A stretch of DNA of 64,000 bases, from assembly GCA_964016885.1 (NCBI GenBank), contig OZ024747.1:50778001-50842000 (forward strand). The letters run 5' to 3'. This DNA comes from Eledone cirrhosa. Its lineage: Eukaryota. Shown here piece after piece: positions 43,703 to 60,400 of this stretch (positions are counted from its first letter, which is position 1; every line of letters starts with the position of its first letter). Below the pieces are notes generated by a model. It did no database searches and had not been told where the DNA came from. It was given only the letters and a program-made list of their open reading frames with translations. Both the position numbers and the translations under genes were made by a program.

Positions 43703-44226
43703 AAGAAGATATACATATATATATATATATACGAAGAATAAGAGGGGGAAGGGGAGAGAGAAGTTGTAAGAGGGAGGGGAAAATCATTAGAATGGTGCAA
43801 TGAAAAAGTTTTGTGGCATTTTGTGCAGACAAGTTTCTTAAACATAGATAAAGAAAAGAAATCGCTGCACATATTGTTGCTTGTTGTTGCACTTACATTC
43901 TACTGTTAGCGGCGATATTTTCATATATTGCAGCTATAGTCTGTACGATAGAAATGAGATATGTATAAGAAAACACAGACCCCACCAACACCACCACCAC
44001 CACTACCACTACCACTACCAGCAGCAGCAACATCACCAAAGAAGAAAATAAATCACAAAAAATATATATACCCCACGACTTCCACATATAAACCAACCAA
44101 CGATAAATAAAATAACTGGAAGAAAAAAAAGAGCCATAAAATGATATAGTGTGTGTAAATATATATGTACGTATACTATACGCAGACACAAACATAGATA
44201 CAAACACACATATATTCACATACGTT

Positions 44227-44271
<45 letters not shown>

Positions 44272-44379
44272 GTGTGCGTGTGTGTATTTATATGTATGTA
44301 TATATATGTATTTGTGTGCGTGTGTGTATTTATATGTATGTATATATATATATATATATATACATATAAATACATATAA

Positions 44380-44433
<54 letters not shown>

Positions 44434-44974
44434 CCCAAAAGCTAACAAAACGAAATGAAAGCGAGGCTGTATATGGTGACAAGCCAATAAAGATTCGTCA
44501 CTCTTATAATTTAGTGACAGAAATGTCGTTGGTTGTTAATTGAAAGCTTTTTCCAAGACAAACTAATGGCGCCTTAGTCTGAGCTACACTATTAGAAACC
44601 GAACAATCTTTAAACATATATTGTTCCTGCATCTATTTCAATATATACTGAAATTATAGACATCTACCGCAACCATTATTACAGAAACGCATGCAGACGC
44701 ACAGACACATACATACACACTCACGCTCAATCACACACACACACACACATATTTATATATCTATATATATAAACACGGGCATAAGTATATACACATCATA
44801 CATCCAGATGCACACGCATTTGTATTTTAATATATATATATATATACATTTACATACACTATTGCAAACAGGGTTCACATACTTACTCATATACACATAC
44901 ATACATACATACATCCAAACATATATAGACATCTACATACATTCAAATATACACATATATAGACATATATACAT

Positions 44975-45039
<65 letters not shown>

Positions 45040-45236
45040 GAAAGAGAGAGAGAGGGGTGGGGGAACAGATATGCCTGATTGTATGTGTAGATGTGTGCAC
45101 TTTTTAAAGTGGCAAGAAAAGTACTGATTATATATATATATATATAAAAAATTATATATATATATATATATATAAATATATATTTATATATATATATATT
45201 TATATATATATATATTTATATATATATTTATATATT

Positions 45237-45267
<31 letters not shown>

Positions 45268-45376
45268 ATACACACTCACACATATATATACATACATGTA
45301 TTCACATATGTATGTGTATGGAGACATATGTGCACATCTACACGCACTCACACTCACACACATACCTGCACACACG

Positions 45377-45464
<88 letters not shown>

Positions 45465-45725
45465 CATATAATACATGTACGCATATATATATAGAGAGAG
45501 ACAAAATTTATTGATTGACTAAACTCAATATATTTGTATATACAAATCATCATCATTTTCATAGTTGCATGAAACATAATCTTTGAAATATATTGATCGG
45601 TATGCGTGCATAGGTCTGCACGTACGCATGTGTGTGTGCACGTACGAGCGAGTGTGTACCTGTTTGTGCGGATATGTCTATTTGTGCATATGCGTTTTGT
45701 AGACACAAATGTAAGCAGGCCCTCT

Positions 45726-45767
<42 letters not shown>

Positions 45768-45823
45768 TATATATATATGTGTGTGGGTGTGTGGGTGTAT
45801 ATATAAGAAGGCCTGCTTACATT

Positions 45824-45892
<69 letters not shown>

Positions 45893-45904
45893 CTGTGTGT
45901 GTAC

Positions 45905-46073
45905 GTCTAAAATTTCTTTGTGCGCCGAGTGTCGCAGTGAAACTTATAAACACTGGTTCTATCAACACCCAGTTTAATCCTTCCACCACATCATTATCGA
46001 ACTTAAGAAATGTATGAACACCAAAAGTATGAATTTCTATTTTATCTGAACTCAGAAGAACTATGTTAAGCAA
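45905..46073 (-). CDS. Candidate internal exon of an unidentified host gene
   Basis: Acceptor ggtttcag|TTG, phase 0; LLNIVLLSSDKIEIHTFGVHTFLKFDNDVVEGLNWVLIEPVFISFTATLGAQRNFR; donor weak (c|gtacac). Confidence 0.55.
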
Positions 46074-46306
46074 CTGAAACCATTATAGATAGAAGTGAAT
46101 CCCATTTTAGTCATGTCTGTAATTCAGATAAGTTACTCCGAGAATTAATTTCCGTTCACACGCACACACATCCACACACACGCACACGCACAGGCACACA
46201 CACACACACGCACACACACATACACACACACACACACACACATGTATATACATACATATACAAAGGCCATCGGCAGTTTTCGTCTGCGAAATTCATACAT
46301 ACATAC

Positions 46307-46423
46307 AAATAACGGACCCGGTTCTATTATCGATAAGCTTTTCAGACTAGTGATTAACAAAGTTAAGTTTTTGTGGAATGGAATCTGGACCATAACTTCT
46401 ATGGGTGACCTTGTCTTAATCTT
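46307..46423 (-). CDS. Candidate internal exon, 117 nt, phase 0/0
   Basis: tttcgcag|AAG..TTT|gtatgt; KIKTRSPIEVMVQIPFHKNLTLLITSLKSLSIIEPGPLF; splices in frame to the next exon. Confidence 0.6.
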
Positions 46424-46752
46424 CTGCGAAACGCACGTAACAGTTTGATACATATTAGAAAAAAATAAATACATGTAAATGAAACTTCATCTTTTTCTTA
46501 ATATATGCGTTCTGCCTATTCATCGTTTGGTACCATCACCAGTAATTAACCGAATCACATACATTATATATATATAAATATCTCACACATCTTATACACA
46601 CCACGCATCTCAACGTACACCCACTTACATATCTCTCTCTCCTCCACCGGACCCTGTTACCCGGAGATTTACCCATTTGCATTGTCGAGGCTTCCAAACG
46701 ACTTATAAATATTTACTTATTGTTCCACAATGCTTCAAGCAAACTTCAATAC

Positions 46753-46893
46753 TCTCATATAAATATCTATATTATTCAAGTAAAGGAATATTGGTCGGTC
46801 AATTAAACCACCAACTAGTGTGTAAACAACGGTAAGCATTCCGCAGCGTGGGTCAATACTATGCTCGCTTGTAGCCATATCATCGTCTTCAAA
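46753..46893 (-). CDS. Candidate internal exon, 141 nt, phase 0/0
   Basis: Polypyrimidine tract + ttgtag|TTT; FEDDDMATSEHSIDPRCGMLTVVYTLVGGLIDRPIFLYLNNIDIYMR|gtattg. Confidence 0.4.
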
Positions 46894-47183
46894 CTACAAC
46901 ATGTATATCAGAAACAGAAAGAGACAAAAAATTAACATTACAACTTAACACCTGTCTAATGAAAACACATCAAAGCTTGTTATGCAATCACTTTGATGTA
47001 TTTGAGATGTGCCCAACAATATTATAAAATAAACAGAGGCGGTATACATAAAATCGTCTCTCTTTATAATATATATATATATTTATATATTTATTAGTAA
47101 AGCAAAACAAGACCACAAATTTCACAAGGAAGACATTATTTAAAGATTGTCAACATAGTTGTATTTTAATGTAAGGAATGTGA

Positions 47184-47316
<133 letters not shown>

Positions 47317-48635
47317 CATGTATAAATATATAGACACATGTGTCTATATAATCTCTTATCATTAATAAACAGGAGTTAAGATCTAATTTCTCACAGAAAT
47401 AATATTCAGTTATTTCTTTCAAAATGGCAGTCATTTAGTTGAGTGAGATCGATAGATTCTTCTATCAACTGACGTCATAATCTCGACTTAACTATCGTAA
47501 TTGAATACATTTCCCAGATTACATGCAGATTACAAAGAACAGAAATAAAAGGACAAGGAAAAAGTAGAAAAGAAAATGTAAAATGGAAGAAAAATTGAGA
47601 GAAAAATAAATTATTCAATCGATGAAGGTGGTGAGGATAAAATAAAGAAAGAAGGATTGATGTATGGAGGAGAAGCAAAGAGAAAGAAAAAGAAAGAAAG
47701 AGAGCGAGAGAGAGAGAGAGGGGGTAAGAGAGAGACAGACAGAGAGAGACAGGTTGAGAGAGGCATGAGAGTCAGGTGGGAGACGCTATAATATAATTGA
47801 TTTGACACTTAAATAAAATAAGTAGTATAACATTAAGTGTTTTTTCGAAGAAGTTTTACATTAACGTTGGAACGATAGTTCAAGTATGGATGTCTATGTT
47901 TTGTTCATATTTATTAAAGATGTGAAAACGTCTCTATCACTGAAATAGCTGTTGTTATGATGTTTGTTACTTTAACTTTTTTTCTATTTCGCTATTGGAA
48001 TTTAGTTATGAAATTAAACGTGAAATATTACCATATTCGGCTGCTTAGCACAAAACTTAATATGTATCAAAATTAACTACGAACATGGGTGCAAGTAAGT
48101 ACGTCCATTTCAAGATACCAGTAAATGTGATAAGCAATATAAGATTACACGTATTCGTGTGGGTTTTAGAGGATATACATGCCTTCTTATGAAAACCTGA
48201 CAAGGCTTGAACACCGATTAAAACTGTCTATGATTCTTTTAGTTTACAAGAAAATATGCATATTTGGCAAGTTTCCAAGCCTATATACTAAAATGTATAA
48301 ATTTATATACACATTTACGCAGTCCCACTTATAATTTTGTCTTATACTTCCCCTACTTAGCTCACAGCCTTAGCCTACTAACAGTGAAAGAAGGACAAAC
48401 ATGGACAGAGATATGAACTCTCCTTTCAAAATATGTACGTAAAAATTAATAATAATTTTTCTTCCACTTATTATTATTATTATTTGACAATGCATATAAT
48501 GCTGAAACCGGTACCATTATTAAATGCGGAAATATCTTATTTATAAATAAATAAATGTTTTGATATTACACTGAAAGAATCTCTTCAACATTTTGTAGTG
48601 AAAAAATATTTTTCCTTTCTACTATTTGTTAAAAA

Positions 48636-48736
<101 letters not shown>

Positions 48737-48812
48737 ATATTATTTATAGTTATGTATACACTATATAGAATTATAAACAGGAAAGGTCAGTAATTTATAT
48801 ATATATATATAT

Positions 48813-49121
<309 letters not shown>

Positions 49122-49149
49122 TACATATATATATATATACATATATATA

Positions 49150-50290
49150 ATGGGGAAAAAGTCAGGACCCCGACGGCTAAGTTCCGGACGTTTCGACAGT
49201 TAGATTTGAACTAACCCAGTAGTGTTAGGACAGTAGTAATCTAGCTGAACTTATCAAGGGGTACAGTCCATATATGGGCATGTAATCAAAACAGGACAAT
49301 AGTATCATATCAAACATTTCTAAAAATTGTTGTTTTTCTTTTCTATCACGGGGAGTGGTCAAATATTTTGTATACATAGTTAAATTCCTTCATAGCGGCG
49401 GGTGGGGGTGAGGTCGCTAAACTTGCCTGTAGAACAAAGGGGAGGGAGTAAGATGACATTCTGACCTGTGGATGCCAGGCCAATGCGTTAAGAGAGAATT
49501 CTTTACAGCTATATCTAAAGGTGGTAAGGACCTATGATAAACAAGGAATATTATAGAGTGAATATGAGTATGCCAGGTTTAACATTGGCTAAAGAGCAAA
49601 GCAAATATTATTAATACTAAATTCCTAATTAATAAAATTTAGTTATTAGTTACTCTAATACAGTAGAATAGCACCTCAATGTAGTAATTTATTAATATTA
49701 TCTTCCCTAAGGATACCCCCCCCCCATCCCCACAAAAAATAGACGCTGGGTATGTGTTCGGCCGGTACTATGTATATTTAACAGGAGTGAAAATATTTGG
49801 GTTAATCTAAGGAAGAATGGAAACTGAATATAATAGTGTAGGTAAGCAATGATCCGCCTATGTGTAATTAGAGTGTGTAACTAATGAAGAAAAAAGAAAA
49901 TAAGAGAAGAAAAAAGGAACATTTTCTACTTCAACCTAAGTATGCTTGGGGTTTCCTCTATTTTAGTTTATAAATAGGAAAAAAGATACAGCTGAGTTCT
50001 ATCCACCCGAGCCGTGAGGGTGTTTGAAGGCAAGATATTTCCTACGCATTCTGTGTTTACATAAGGTCACAAATTCATCCTTTTTGTTTAAGAGTTGGTC
50101 CTTTGCAAACAGCATCTGGATCGTTTCCTCCGAGCATAAATTACACGGATGGCGTCCTCCCGAGTAAGATTTTGCCTTGGAAAGTATGCTCCAACTTAGA
50201 TGGTAGGTGATATTGTTGTCTTGGAGGTCCTTAGAAATGCTTGGCGGTGAGCATCTCAGTTGCAAGCGTCCAGTTCATTATTAATTTTAG
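49150..50290 (-). mobile_element. 3' fragment of a third Penelope-like element
   Basis: LSWSILSKAKSYSGG..CNLCSEE..LLNKKDEFVTLCKH (49999-50265); a family-B-like half-HHR lies at 49165-49200 on the same strand. Confidence 0.75.
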
Positions 50291-51009
50291 CCCGGTAGTT
50301 ATCGGAGTATGGAAAGGGTCCCAGAGCCAGAAATGTGCGTCAGTACGCCCGTCTTGCCCTAAAGTTATCACTGGCGGACATTAAAACATTCTCTCTACAT
50401 GAACACTCCGGTATTGAGGTAATGTTTCTTTAAATACTGGAAAACGGTATCTACGGTATTACTATATGGTTTCTACAGGTGTCGATAAATAAAATACTAG
50501 TCGAGTGCTGGTCTAAAGTAAATTTGTTTCGTTACGTCGCGAGAAACGTCGTTGAGGAATATCACTCACAGCATCTCTTTTCCTAGAAAATGGGAATGAC
50601 TGAGCGAAAGGCTTAACAACGACTTCTCGTAGAAAAAACTTATATGTTACTGGGACCATCAAGAACGAGCCCATATGCAGAGAAACTTGGAATGATAATG
50701 TATGAAATTGAAAAGGAGAACAGCAGGACGAGTGTTTAATAATCTTTGAACTCTCCATACATGATTTTTCTCGTGTTTTAAATAAATACGAACACACTTA
50801 CATGTATAGTCTTGATACCTATAGACATATGAATACGTACATGGTTAACCCAGAATGTTTGTAGATATGTGTATATGCAGATGCGTGTAATATATATATA
50901 TACATCTTTATACATATATATGCTCTTTTCATTTGTACTCCTTTACCTGTTACAGCAGTATATATATATATATATATATATTCATTTATAAATTCACCCC
51001 CCCCTCCTC

Positions 51010-51056
<47 letters not shown>

Positions 51057-51367
51057 GACATAAATAATAATTACTCTAAACTATATAACATACAATCATT
51101 TAAAACACATCATGTCTGATGCCAGACGGATTCCGAAGCTTTTAACAGTCATCAGCAGCAGCCATTCTTTTGTCTTCCTTTCTCGCTCTCTTTTATTTCC
51201 ATATTATTTTCATATTTTCTTTCATATATTTTTTCCAACTTATTTCTATTATTTGTGCATTCTCTATTTTTTTGTTTGTTTTTGCAATTTCTTTCTTTGA
51301 TTGTTCAATTCTTTTATTTTTTACTATTTAAAAAAATCTGTTTCTTTCTTCCCTTTCTTTCTTTTGC

Positions 51368-51398
<31 letters not shown>

Positions 51399-51856
51399 CT
51401 CCTTCTCGTTTTCGTCTACTTCAATTCTGAAACCATTAAGTTTTTGAAATGATATCAACGATCTCACTGAAACATTAGATTGCAAACTAAATCAATAGTA
51501 GATATTAAAAATAATAATAATAACAACAATAACAGCAACAATAATATTAATAATAATGGTAATAATAATAATGATGATAATTATAATTATAATAATAAAA
51601 ATAATAATAATGAGTAGATAAAGAAGAAGAATAACAAAATAAAAGTAAAAAAAAACAATAATAATGCAATAAAATCTGAAAACGTTATATGTCTACTAAA
51701 CAACAACAACAATAGCAACATCAATAACAATAATGTGAACAACAACAACTGCAATTACAATGAAACACATTATTAAAAAAGATAAGAAAGATTATTAAAA
51801 ATGTTACGTCTGTTTTGTCTGGAAGAGAATGTGTAGGTAAGAGGTTGTGTATCTAT

Positions 51857-52013
<157 letters not shown>

Positions 52014-52729
52014 TGTGTATAAAATTCTTTGTCTACCTGTCTGTCTGTTTCTATGCATTCTCTAACGGCTGCACCAAATCAAATCAAAATTTACAAGGTA
52101 ATAGTATTAAACCCCGCGAGTGTCGACATGTAATTTTTATTTTCATTTGGATAAAAACAGTATAAGATTTTATCTAAAATAATATTTTTATAGTCAACTA
52201 TAGTAAACCACCACCACACGACGACGACGTCACATTTTGTATATGCGTGTGAACACAGACAATTAAATACAAACACACACATCTACACATGCACATACAT
52301 ATGTGATGACAGACAGGTGTGCGTGGATGTATGTCTGTGTGTGTCTGTCTTGGTATATGTATGTGAGTGTATGTGAGAGTGTGTGTGAGTGTATGTGAGA
52401 GTGTATGTGTGTGTGAGTGTATGTGTGTGTGAGTGTGTGTGAGTGTATATGTGTGTGAGTGTATGTGAGAGTGTATGTGTGTGTGTGAATGTATGTGTGA
52501 GTGAGTGTATGCGTGATAATTTTTATTTTCATTTGGATTAAATCAATAGAAAACGCTAAAGGTACTCAACGGAGAGCTGGCGGTGCTAAACTGGGAGGCG
52601 AATTTTATCTACTATTAAGGTATGACGCAGAAGGGTTTAAAAAGAGAACACGAAATCACGGGATACATGCGGCAAATCATCTCGTCCGAGGCTCTAATAA
52701 TTCAAACAATCTACTGGGCTTGTGTATTC

Positions 52730-53150
52730 ATTTACACACCCCGAAAGGATGAAAGGCAAATTTGACTACGACAGAGTTTAACTCAGAGCACAGAGAAACG
52801 GAACATATATCGAAAAGCATTTTGTCCTGCGCTCTAACAACTTTGCGAGTTCATGGAAATATGAAACAATGGAGATAATCAAAATAAAAGCGAAATCAAG
52901 AATAAGATCCGCTATGGGATTGCATACTAGCCTGATAATGATAATTTCTAATTTAAGCACAAGGCCAACAACTTATGGGAGGGAAAATTCGATTATATCT
53001 GCCCCAATACTTTATTGGTACTTTATTTTAACAACCTCTGGAAGAATGAAGGTACAGCTGACCTCAGCAAGATTTGAAATGAAAAGGTAAGAAATATGAA
53101 CAAATATGACAAACCATTCTGTCAAATGCTCTACCAATCCTGCCAACCAA
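52730..53150 (-). mobile_element. Two old SINE copies
   Basis: accccgaaaggatgaaaggcaaa; gcacaaggcca..tggtactttatttta. Confidence 0.6.
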
Positions 53151-54505
53151 GCGTCATTTGTATCGGCATCAAAATACAAGAAACATTTCAGAACTGATAG
53201 AACAAACAGGTCACAGAATGAAACCACAAATAGAATCGGGATTGAATTTAGAGTTATGCGCTGCAATCAGATTCAGTTAATTAAAGAACTCAGATTTAAA
53301 CTAATTACAGCAGGTCACCAGAATATATTGCAGAGAATAAAACACTACCATTTGTTTATCGACCAACAACTATATGAACAGATTCAAGGTGGTTTTGCCC
53401 TAAACTCTTCATCTAACTTCTTTACAAATCTATTCCAGAAAATATGTTTTCGTAATACGAAATAAATAATCTTAACTTCTAATTTAACAATTATCATTTT
53501 TTATATTCTTCAAATAAATTTTCGTCTTTATAAAACGAAAAAGAAATGTCTATATTTTCATCTTATGTAAAGTAAATGGACCTGCGTCTGTTGCAATGGT
53601 GAGTGTTTCAGTCGTTTACGTTACAAGGATATCTGTTCGATATATTACTATGTTAGAATGTTCCAGACTCGTGTCCCTTTAAGGTAATTCTTAGGGCTCT
53701 TTCATTTACAGATACACGTCGATTAGACGAGCTTCCAAATAGTTTCTATCTACCCAATTTCATTCACAAGTCATAGGGTGACTCGAGTTTATAGTAATAG
53801 GCACTTGCTGAAGATGACATGCAGCAGAATAGAACCTGGATGTTCAGCAAACTTCTTAACTATTTTGCGAAAATGTGGCTCATTTCATCTTCTCCTTGCC
53901 AATCCTGGGTGCTTCACTCCTCATAGAATCATAGTCTTTCAAAACCGGGAGAACCCATCACTCTCAGAGTATGAACACAGACGATTTCTCACAGAAAAAA
54001 AAAGAGAGAAAGAGCAAGAAAGAGAAAGTAAAAAAAATATTTAGAGGAGGAATCGATTACAGTATTATACTGGTGTCATATATTGATCTGAAAGTATGAA
54101 AGACAAAGTTGACATGTGAGTGAATTGAACGCAGAGTACCGGAACCAATACCGGAAAAAACATTCTATCCAACGAACGACGTTGCCAATTCGTTGCCTTT
54201 TTATCTTATATAACAAGGGATAAAAAACAACAGCAGCAACAACAAATAACCTAATTATGTCTAGCTAAGCTAAGAAGAGAATTCCAGACAACATATATGT
54301 ACGTAACGTGCTTGGGTTAGGACATGGTTGGTATTGAGAATAAACTTTTGTATTGCAAATTGAGAAAGAAAAAAATACGAAAGCAGCGTGGTGTGATTAG
54401 TGGCTAGCTTTGTCTGATAAGAGATGCGGGATTCAATACGAATCAGTGAGGTGAATGTTAATTTATGTGCTCGAACTGTCGTTTCAATCGACACATACAC
54501 GCACG

Positions 54506-54594
<89 letters not shown>

Positions 54595-54672
54595 TATATT
54601 TGAACAGTAATTCGTCTACTTGTCATATATGTATATATATTTGCATACAAATATCTTTGAATATATATATAT

Positions 54673-54703
<31 letters not shown>

Positions 54704-54704
54704 A

Positions 54705-54771
<67 letters not shown>

Positions 54772-55097
54772 TTCATATATATATCAAAAGTATATATTGA
54801 GTTAAAAACTCACAATAGTCAGTCCCTTATAATTAAAATAGCTCAAGGAAAACAAAAATAAAATTTCCGAGCCTTATAATATAATATATAAAAGAGACAG
54901 ACACAGGTACATACATATAGGCGTCCAAATATAAATATATATTTATACATAATTATTAATACATGTAGAAATAAACACAGTCAATTCTGCGTCTAAAATT
55001 ACGAGGGTAGATTTTACCACAAATGTTTCATATATTTAAACTGAAGCATACAGTAAGATACAATATTTCCTATACATACCGTATCAATAACGATTTC

Positions 55098-55187
55098 ATC
55101 TCTTGGACAGACTAAAGATTTAATCTGTTTCGCCCTGAAAATTGTGTTTGTAACAGATAATCCTTAGGCATTTCATCAGTGAGAGAT
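55098..55187 (-). ncRNA. Hammerhead-like motif with a long stem III
   Basis: ATCTCTca-CTGATGA-..-GAA-ACAGATTAAA-tc-TTTAGTCTGT-C-caAGAGAT; GUC site; two mismatches in stem I next to the core. Confidence 0.6.
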
Positions 55188-55446
55188 TAGATTAAATAAA
55201 ACAAAACACATCTAACAAGAAACTCACGGAAGTAAATAATGTACCTCGTGGGTTGAAAGCTATACGTGGTATGAGTTGTTATGCTAGAAATAATAGCCTA
55301 ATCACACTCATCTTATAAGCTCACCAGATAGGGAGCCGAAATATAAATAAAATATACAGTTATTAACTCATATTGACCCCTCTAATTTTAGACGCAGAAT
55401 TTGCTGTGTTTATTTCTACATATATTCTACATATATTAATAATATA

Positions 55447-55625
55447 ATTGTTTCTACTTTTGGTACAAGGCCTGCAATTACCCAGTGCATTACTGGTACT
55501 TTATTTTATCGACTCCGTAAGGATGAAAGGCAAAGTTAACTTTGCGATATTTGAACTCAGAATGGCAAGGGCCGTAACTCTATGCGTCAAAGCATGGCGT
55601 TCGACCCTCTACCGATAGTGCCAAT
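55447..55625 (-). mobile_element. tRNA-derived SINE copy
   Basis: Reverse complement of the 20625-20820 type. Confidence 0.88.
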
Positions 55626-55720
55626 GCTCAGTATTTATACTTTGAGCTTGTTAATTACAGGGATCAATATGAGTTAGTAACTCTGTATTTTATTTTTATT
55701 TGTATATTTATACATATACA

Positions 55721-56072
<352 letters not shown>

Positions 56073-56130
56073 TAGGTAGATAGATAGATAGAAAGATAGA
56101 TACACATACACACATATAAATATATATATG

Positions 56131-56166
<36 letters not shown>

Positions 56167-56367
56167 ACTGTGTGTGTGGTATGTGTGTGTGTGACTGTGT
56201 GTATGTGTGAAATTCCTGTTACTTTTTAGATCTCATTTGGAAATATGTACACGATCAAAACTCTTATTTCCTGAGTGTTTCATGTAGGACTGGGCTAATA
56301 AAACCTCAAAATATATATGCTCTGTTTATGTGTAGGGCCCCCTGGCTATCGTTTTAAACCAAAACTT

Positions 56368-56429
<62 letters not shown>

Positions 56430-56488
56430 GAAAAATTTGAACAGGGACAGAACAGAGAGGCAGTACAATAAATGTTTATTATATATAT

Positions 56489-56647
<159 letters not shown>

Positions 56648-56715
56648 GTGTGTGTGTACGTATATATATATATATATACGCATACATATGTATCCTGCAT
56701 ACATTATATTCACAC

Positions 56716-56787
56716 ATAAGTGGAATTACAATCAAACAATGATTCCAACCAGTTTCAGATGATGTCCAATTACAAGAAGATTGCAAG
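56716..56787 (-). other. Possible 72-nt exon (5' UTR or coding)
   Basis: Strong acceptor tttttcttgtctctttag|; weak donor at|gtgtga. Confidence 0.3.
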
Positions 56788-57489
56788 CTAAAGAGACAAG
56801 AAAAACAGATGCTATTTGCAATAAAATCTATTTAATGATATATTTTGTGATGACATTCAATACCACACTTGATAAAATATCACTTCATTTTCAGATATAT
56901 AAGTATATGATAACTCGTGGGATATCGTGACAATATCTCATAACAGAAATGTCAGTCATATCATATATATCACATTTCTTTTTAGCTATGAAAATCAACT
57001 TATCTGTGTGTCGTTGTATATATCCATGGTATAAAATGTCATATGATATTGAATGGCATATCCCATGATTAAAACTCATCTCATACGTACTCTAAAAACA
57101 CACATACATTTATTATTCTATTATTTATTTTTCAACTGAATTCACTCATTAGACATTTGCTATGCTGGGATACCAGACTGACATAGTCGATCAAATGTAT
57201 ATTTGGCACTTGTTTTACCAATATCACTATTGTCGAACTGCTAAGTTACGGCACATAAACATAGAGACAGTTAAAAGCGTAAACACAGACACATGCATAC
57301 ACACGCATACATACACACATACACACAGGCAATAAACGCAAACACACACACACACGCACACTGAAACAAACAAGAAAATATTTAAAAAAATCCTAAAGAA
57401 TATATCATAAATGATATCTAACTTAGCACAAGACAAGAAATAATTGCAGTTTACTATAGAATAAAAGCACAAAAACATACATGCATGAG

Positions 57490-60400
57490 GATTGCAGCGT
57501 CTTCACAGATGATTGCCGTCTCTTAATGATTCTTCGTTAACATCCCATCTGCGTCCATGACTTCGAAGATGACTTCGTAGACCAGCTGTAGATCTGCATG
57601 GTTTATGGCACAAGTGACAGGCAAGAGTTGTGCTTTCGATAGGACCGGAGGGGTCACCCTGTGGGACACAATCTTTATGCACCATCATGTGTTGTTTTTT
57701 TTAGTCCGGAACAAGTTCTACACTCTTTGTGGCATATCACGCCTGTTGTTTCACCAGGTCTTTGTTGAGTGGTGTTGCAGGGTGGGGGGTATCCTTGCAT
57801 GTGACTTCAGGTGATTAACATAACCATCCTTTGAGAGGAGTACACACGCTGACAGAACTTTCATGTCCAACTACTGATGACTTCATCAAGACTGTGAGCA
57901 CAACCCTTCGAGAGCTGACGCTTCAGTTTTTTATGTTCTAGAGGACATTCCTCAAAAGTTTTCCAACTGCCCTTTAGGCACGTTCTCCTCTCAGCCCTAT
58001 TTAGAGCTATCTCCTCCCAGTTGTCTATATCAAATGTCAGCTCTTTCAGATTGTTCTAGATGCTGTACCTGAACCTCATTTTCGGTTTGTGTTGAGATGT
58101 TTTTCCAAGATGGAGCTCACCGTAAAACAGTTGCTTCGGGATCCTGTTTTCTTTCATGCGGACGATATGTCCTGTCCAGCGCATTTAAGAAGATATAACT
58201 CAGGACTCATTGCTTTGACATTCTGCTTTGATAAGAACATAGATGTCAGGAATTCTGTCTTGCCACTTGATGTTGAATATGAGCCTTAAACATTTCTGCT
58301 GAAAACGCTCAAACAATTTGGTGTGCTTGCGGAATAGTGTCCAGGTTTCGGCGGAGTATAAAAGAGTAAACAGAACACATGATCTATACACACACACACC
58401 TTGGTGTTGTTGGTAATGTTGCGATTTGCCGAAACTCTCTTTTCCAATTTTCAGAAGGTAACAGAAGCCTTCTAGATGCGCAGATGTATTTCAGCATCCA
58501 AGAAGCCATCTACTACTCCCAACCTGGTTCCATCAACCATGATATTGGGTTCAGTATGTGGTTCTCTCGGGAGCAGGTGTAAACATTACTTTGGCCGTTT
58601 TAAGGCTTATTGTAAGCCCAAATGCTGTACACGAGGATGAAAAACTGTCCATAATGTGTTGCATATCAGCTAATGTGTATGCTAGGAAGTCAGCGTCGTC
58701 GGCGTGAAGGTCTCTGATCAAAGCTTGAAAATATTTTGTCTTGGCATTAAACCTTCTTAAGTTGAAAACCTTTCTAGTGGTTCTGAATCGTAAAAGAATG
58801 TCTCTGTCACAATCATGGAAAGCATGTGTGAGCAAGGCAGCAAAGAAGATGGGGAAAAGCGTAACAGCAGGAATATCACCTTGCTTTACCCCGTTGTCAA
58901 TTGGGATTTCCCCAGATAGTTTGTCATTGAAGGTAACCCGAGCTTTCATTTTTCTGTGCAGCTGTTTTAGCATACTCACAAACTTAGGTGGACATCCCCC
59001 TTTTCCAAGAATTATCCAGAGTGCATCTCTGTTTACTGTGTCAAAGGCCTTCGTTATGTCGACACAGACTTGATATAGGGGGAAAGACTGCTCAATGCAT
59101 TTCTCTTGTCTATTATAGAGAAAATTATGTCAACTTCCTCTTCTAAAACGACTCTGATTCTCATATCACGTAGGACAGATCTCCTCCTCCAGTCTGTTGA
59201 GCAAAGGTTTGGAAGCACCTTGCCAACAGATTCCAACAAAGTGATGCCACGGTAGTTTCCACATATCGACTTTTCACCTTTGCCTTTGTATAATGATAAC
59301 AGAATACCGTTGATCCGGTGTTGTGGAACCGATGTCCCATTCCAGCAATCAATGATGAAGTTGTTTATTGCTTCTGTTACATTATCACTACCGACTTTCA
59401 GCAGTTCGACTGGGTTACCATCTGAACCTGGTGCCTTACCAGAGTTGAGCTGCTTGACTGCCAGCTTTATTTCATCAGCAGCGGGAAGTTGATCCATATG
59501 GTGAACTGTTTAATATTGAGGAAAGCCCTCTATCCCTCCAAAATTAACAGCTGATGGGTTGTCAAACAGGTCAGTAAAATGTTCCTCCAAACGCTGAAGG
59601 ATTTTTGATGGCTCTTTGATGATGATATTGGCATCGTCCTTAGATTTCAAAGGAGTTACTGAGGATGTTGGTGAGCTGAAGACTTGACGTAGCAATGATT
59701 AAAATGACTTTGAATCTTTAGTGTTAAAAGCCTGTTTGATTTCCGAAGAGCTATTACTCCACCACTCATTTTGCATCCTGCGCAGTTCGCATTCCAATGT
59801 TGCCATGTGGTCTATGTAGGCTTTCCTGACAGCTGGTTGTGTTACGAGATTCTTATTCAGGACCTTTTCATAGAGAGTGTAGTGTGCTTGGTTTTCAGTA
59901 GCTGATTGATATTAGGTTTCTTGTCATCGAACCAGTCCTGGTGTTTCTTGGTTCTGATGCCAAATATCTCAGATCCCACTGAGGAAACTTGATCTCTAAA
60001 ATAAACTCTGGTGCCATTAAAATCAAGACCATCAAATCTTTCAGTTAGGGTTGCTTGCCTCAGTTTGGTGACATCAATGAGTTTCAGTGCTTTCACTCCA
60101 CTCATACGAATTCTTTCGCGTATACTCATCTTGAACTTTCCTCGCACTAATTTGTGGTCCGTGCCACATTCTGCACTACGTAACACACGCACTGTACACA
60201 CATCACTTAGATCCCTTTATGAGTGATGATGAAATCAATAATGTGTCCATGCTTGGATCTTGGATGATACCAGGTAGCTTTATATTTGAGCTTCTGACGG
60301 AAAAGAGTGTTGCAGATGGTTAAATTGAGGTCTAAGCAGAGTTCAAGCAACCCCAGGCCATTGGTGTGCATTTTACCAAATCCAAATGGACCAATGGCGC

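Noticed and set aside
51115-51165. CTGATGA on the minus strand as an HHR
   Set aside because: GAAT instead of GAAA and poor stems.
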